Source: Ktedonobacterales bacterium (lineage in GTDB: Bacteria; Chloroflexota; Ktedonobacteria; Ktedonobacterales; JADMIN01). Taken from it: a stretch of DNA of 32,000 bases. The stretch lies in the NCBI GenBank assembly GCA_030167145.1, contig CP126532.1:2430001-2462000 (forward strand), given 5' to 3'. Below the pieces are notes generated by a model. The model was given only the letters and a program-made list of their open reading frames with translations. It was not told where the DNA came from and searched no databases. Each line of letters starts with the position of its first letter. Position 1 is the first letter of the stretch. Below are positions 31,668 to 32,000 of this stretch, in pieces. Made by a program: the position numbers and the translations under genes.

Positions 31668-32000
31668 ATGCCCCGCTACCAACCCGCAGACTCCTTCCAA
31701 TCGCCACGCTTCACCGGCGTCCGCACCTTCGCGCGTCTGCCCCACACCACCGCCCTCGAAGACGTAGACGCCACGATTCTCGGCATCCCCTTCGATACCG
31801 GCGCCACCTTCCGCCCCGGCGCGCGTTTCGGCCCGATGGCGATCCGCGAGATGTCGGTGCTGCTGCGCCCTTACAACCCTGGCGCGGGTGTAGATGTCTT
31901 CAACACCCTCTCGGTGACGGACGGCGGCGACGTGCCCACGGTCCCCGGCTACATCGAAGACACCTACGAGCGCATCGAAGCCGCGCTGCGGCCCATCCAC
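31668..32000 (+). CDS. Agmatinase / ureohydrolase (arginase-family) protein, 5' part only
   Basis: Own translation: MPRYQPADSFQSPRFTGVRTFARLPH..DATILGIPFDTGATFRPGARFGPMAIRE. This is the typical SpeB/guanidino-acid hydrolase N-terminus. The ORF is open at the window end. Confidence 0.8.
   Translation, partial: MPRYQPADSFQSPRFTGVRTFARLPHTTALEDVDATILGIPFDTGATFRPGARFGPMAIREMSVLLRPYNPGAGVDVFNTLSVTDGGDVPTVPGYIEDTYERIEAALRPIH

Noticed and set aside
1-32000. CRISPR arrays, tRNA, rRNA, tmRNA, integrase/att sites, prophage structural genes
   Set aside because: I scanned by eye for regularly spaced direct repeats, cloverleaf-like segments and recombinase motifs, and found none. The only repeats are those listed. 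A by-eye scan cannot fully exclude small RNAs.

Overview
High-GC bacterial chromosomal window. The gene style (Pro/Thr-rich linkers, zf-HC2 anti-sigma factor, IS200/IS605 load, leaderless-type promoters) suggests a Chloroflexota/Ktedonobacteria-like or actinobacterial host, but that is inference only. I support about 33 protein genes and found no rRNA, tRNA or CRISPR array.

Housekeeping content: uvrB, purK, an agmatinase-family gene (partial), a URO-D-family gene, a GT9 glycosyltransferase, an EamA transporter, DUF503, a THI5/NMT1-like protein, an ECF sigma/anti-sigma pair, an STK-FHA kinase (partial) and a membrane-anchored trypsin-like protease.

Accessory content:
(1) A toxin-antitoxin graveyard at 3.2-5.9 kb. 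An antitoxin sits beside a 39-aa vapC stump. A hicAB operon has its hicA toxin split cleanly by a complete 1.7-kb IS200/IS605 element (tnpA+tnpB). Two paralogous membrane-anchored Cys-domain proteins bracket the whole patch.
(2) A second, related tnpB-only element at 30.2-31.5 kb.
(3) Most interesting: three prophage-antirepressor-type genes (dinD, a Bro-N/DinD-C paralog, and a P22_AR_N/ORF6C gene) are scattered among housekeeping genes. All three are driven by nearly the same extended -10 promoter. Two of them also carry a ~240-nt repeated 5' leader with a 66-nt 100%-identical core, conserved-stem/variable-loop hairpins and mutually exclusive helices. All three share a CGTTCGCACA box, and a degenerate version lies upstream of uvrB. 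I read this as a candidate undescribed co-regulated (possibly damage-responsive) module with a structured RNA or operator leader.

Many long ORFs in the supplied track are antisense or GC-driven artefacts and were rejected.
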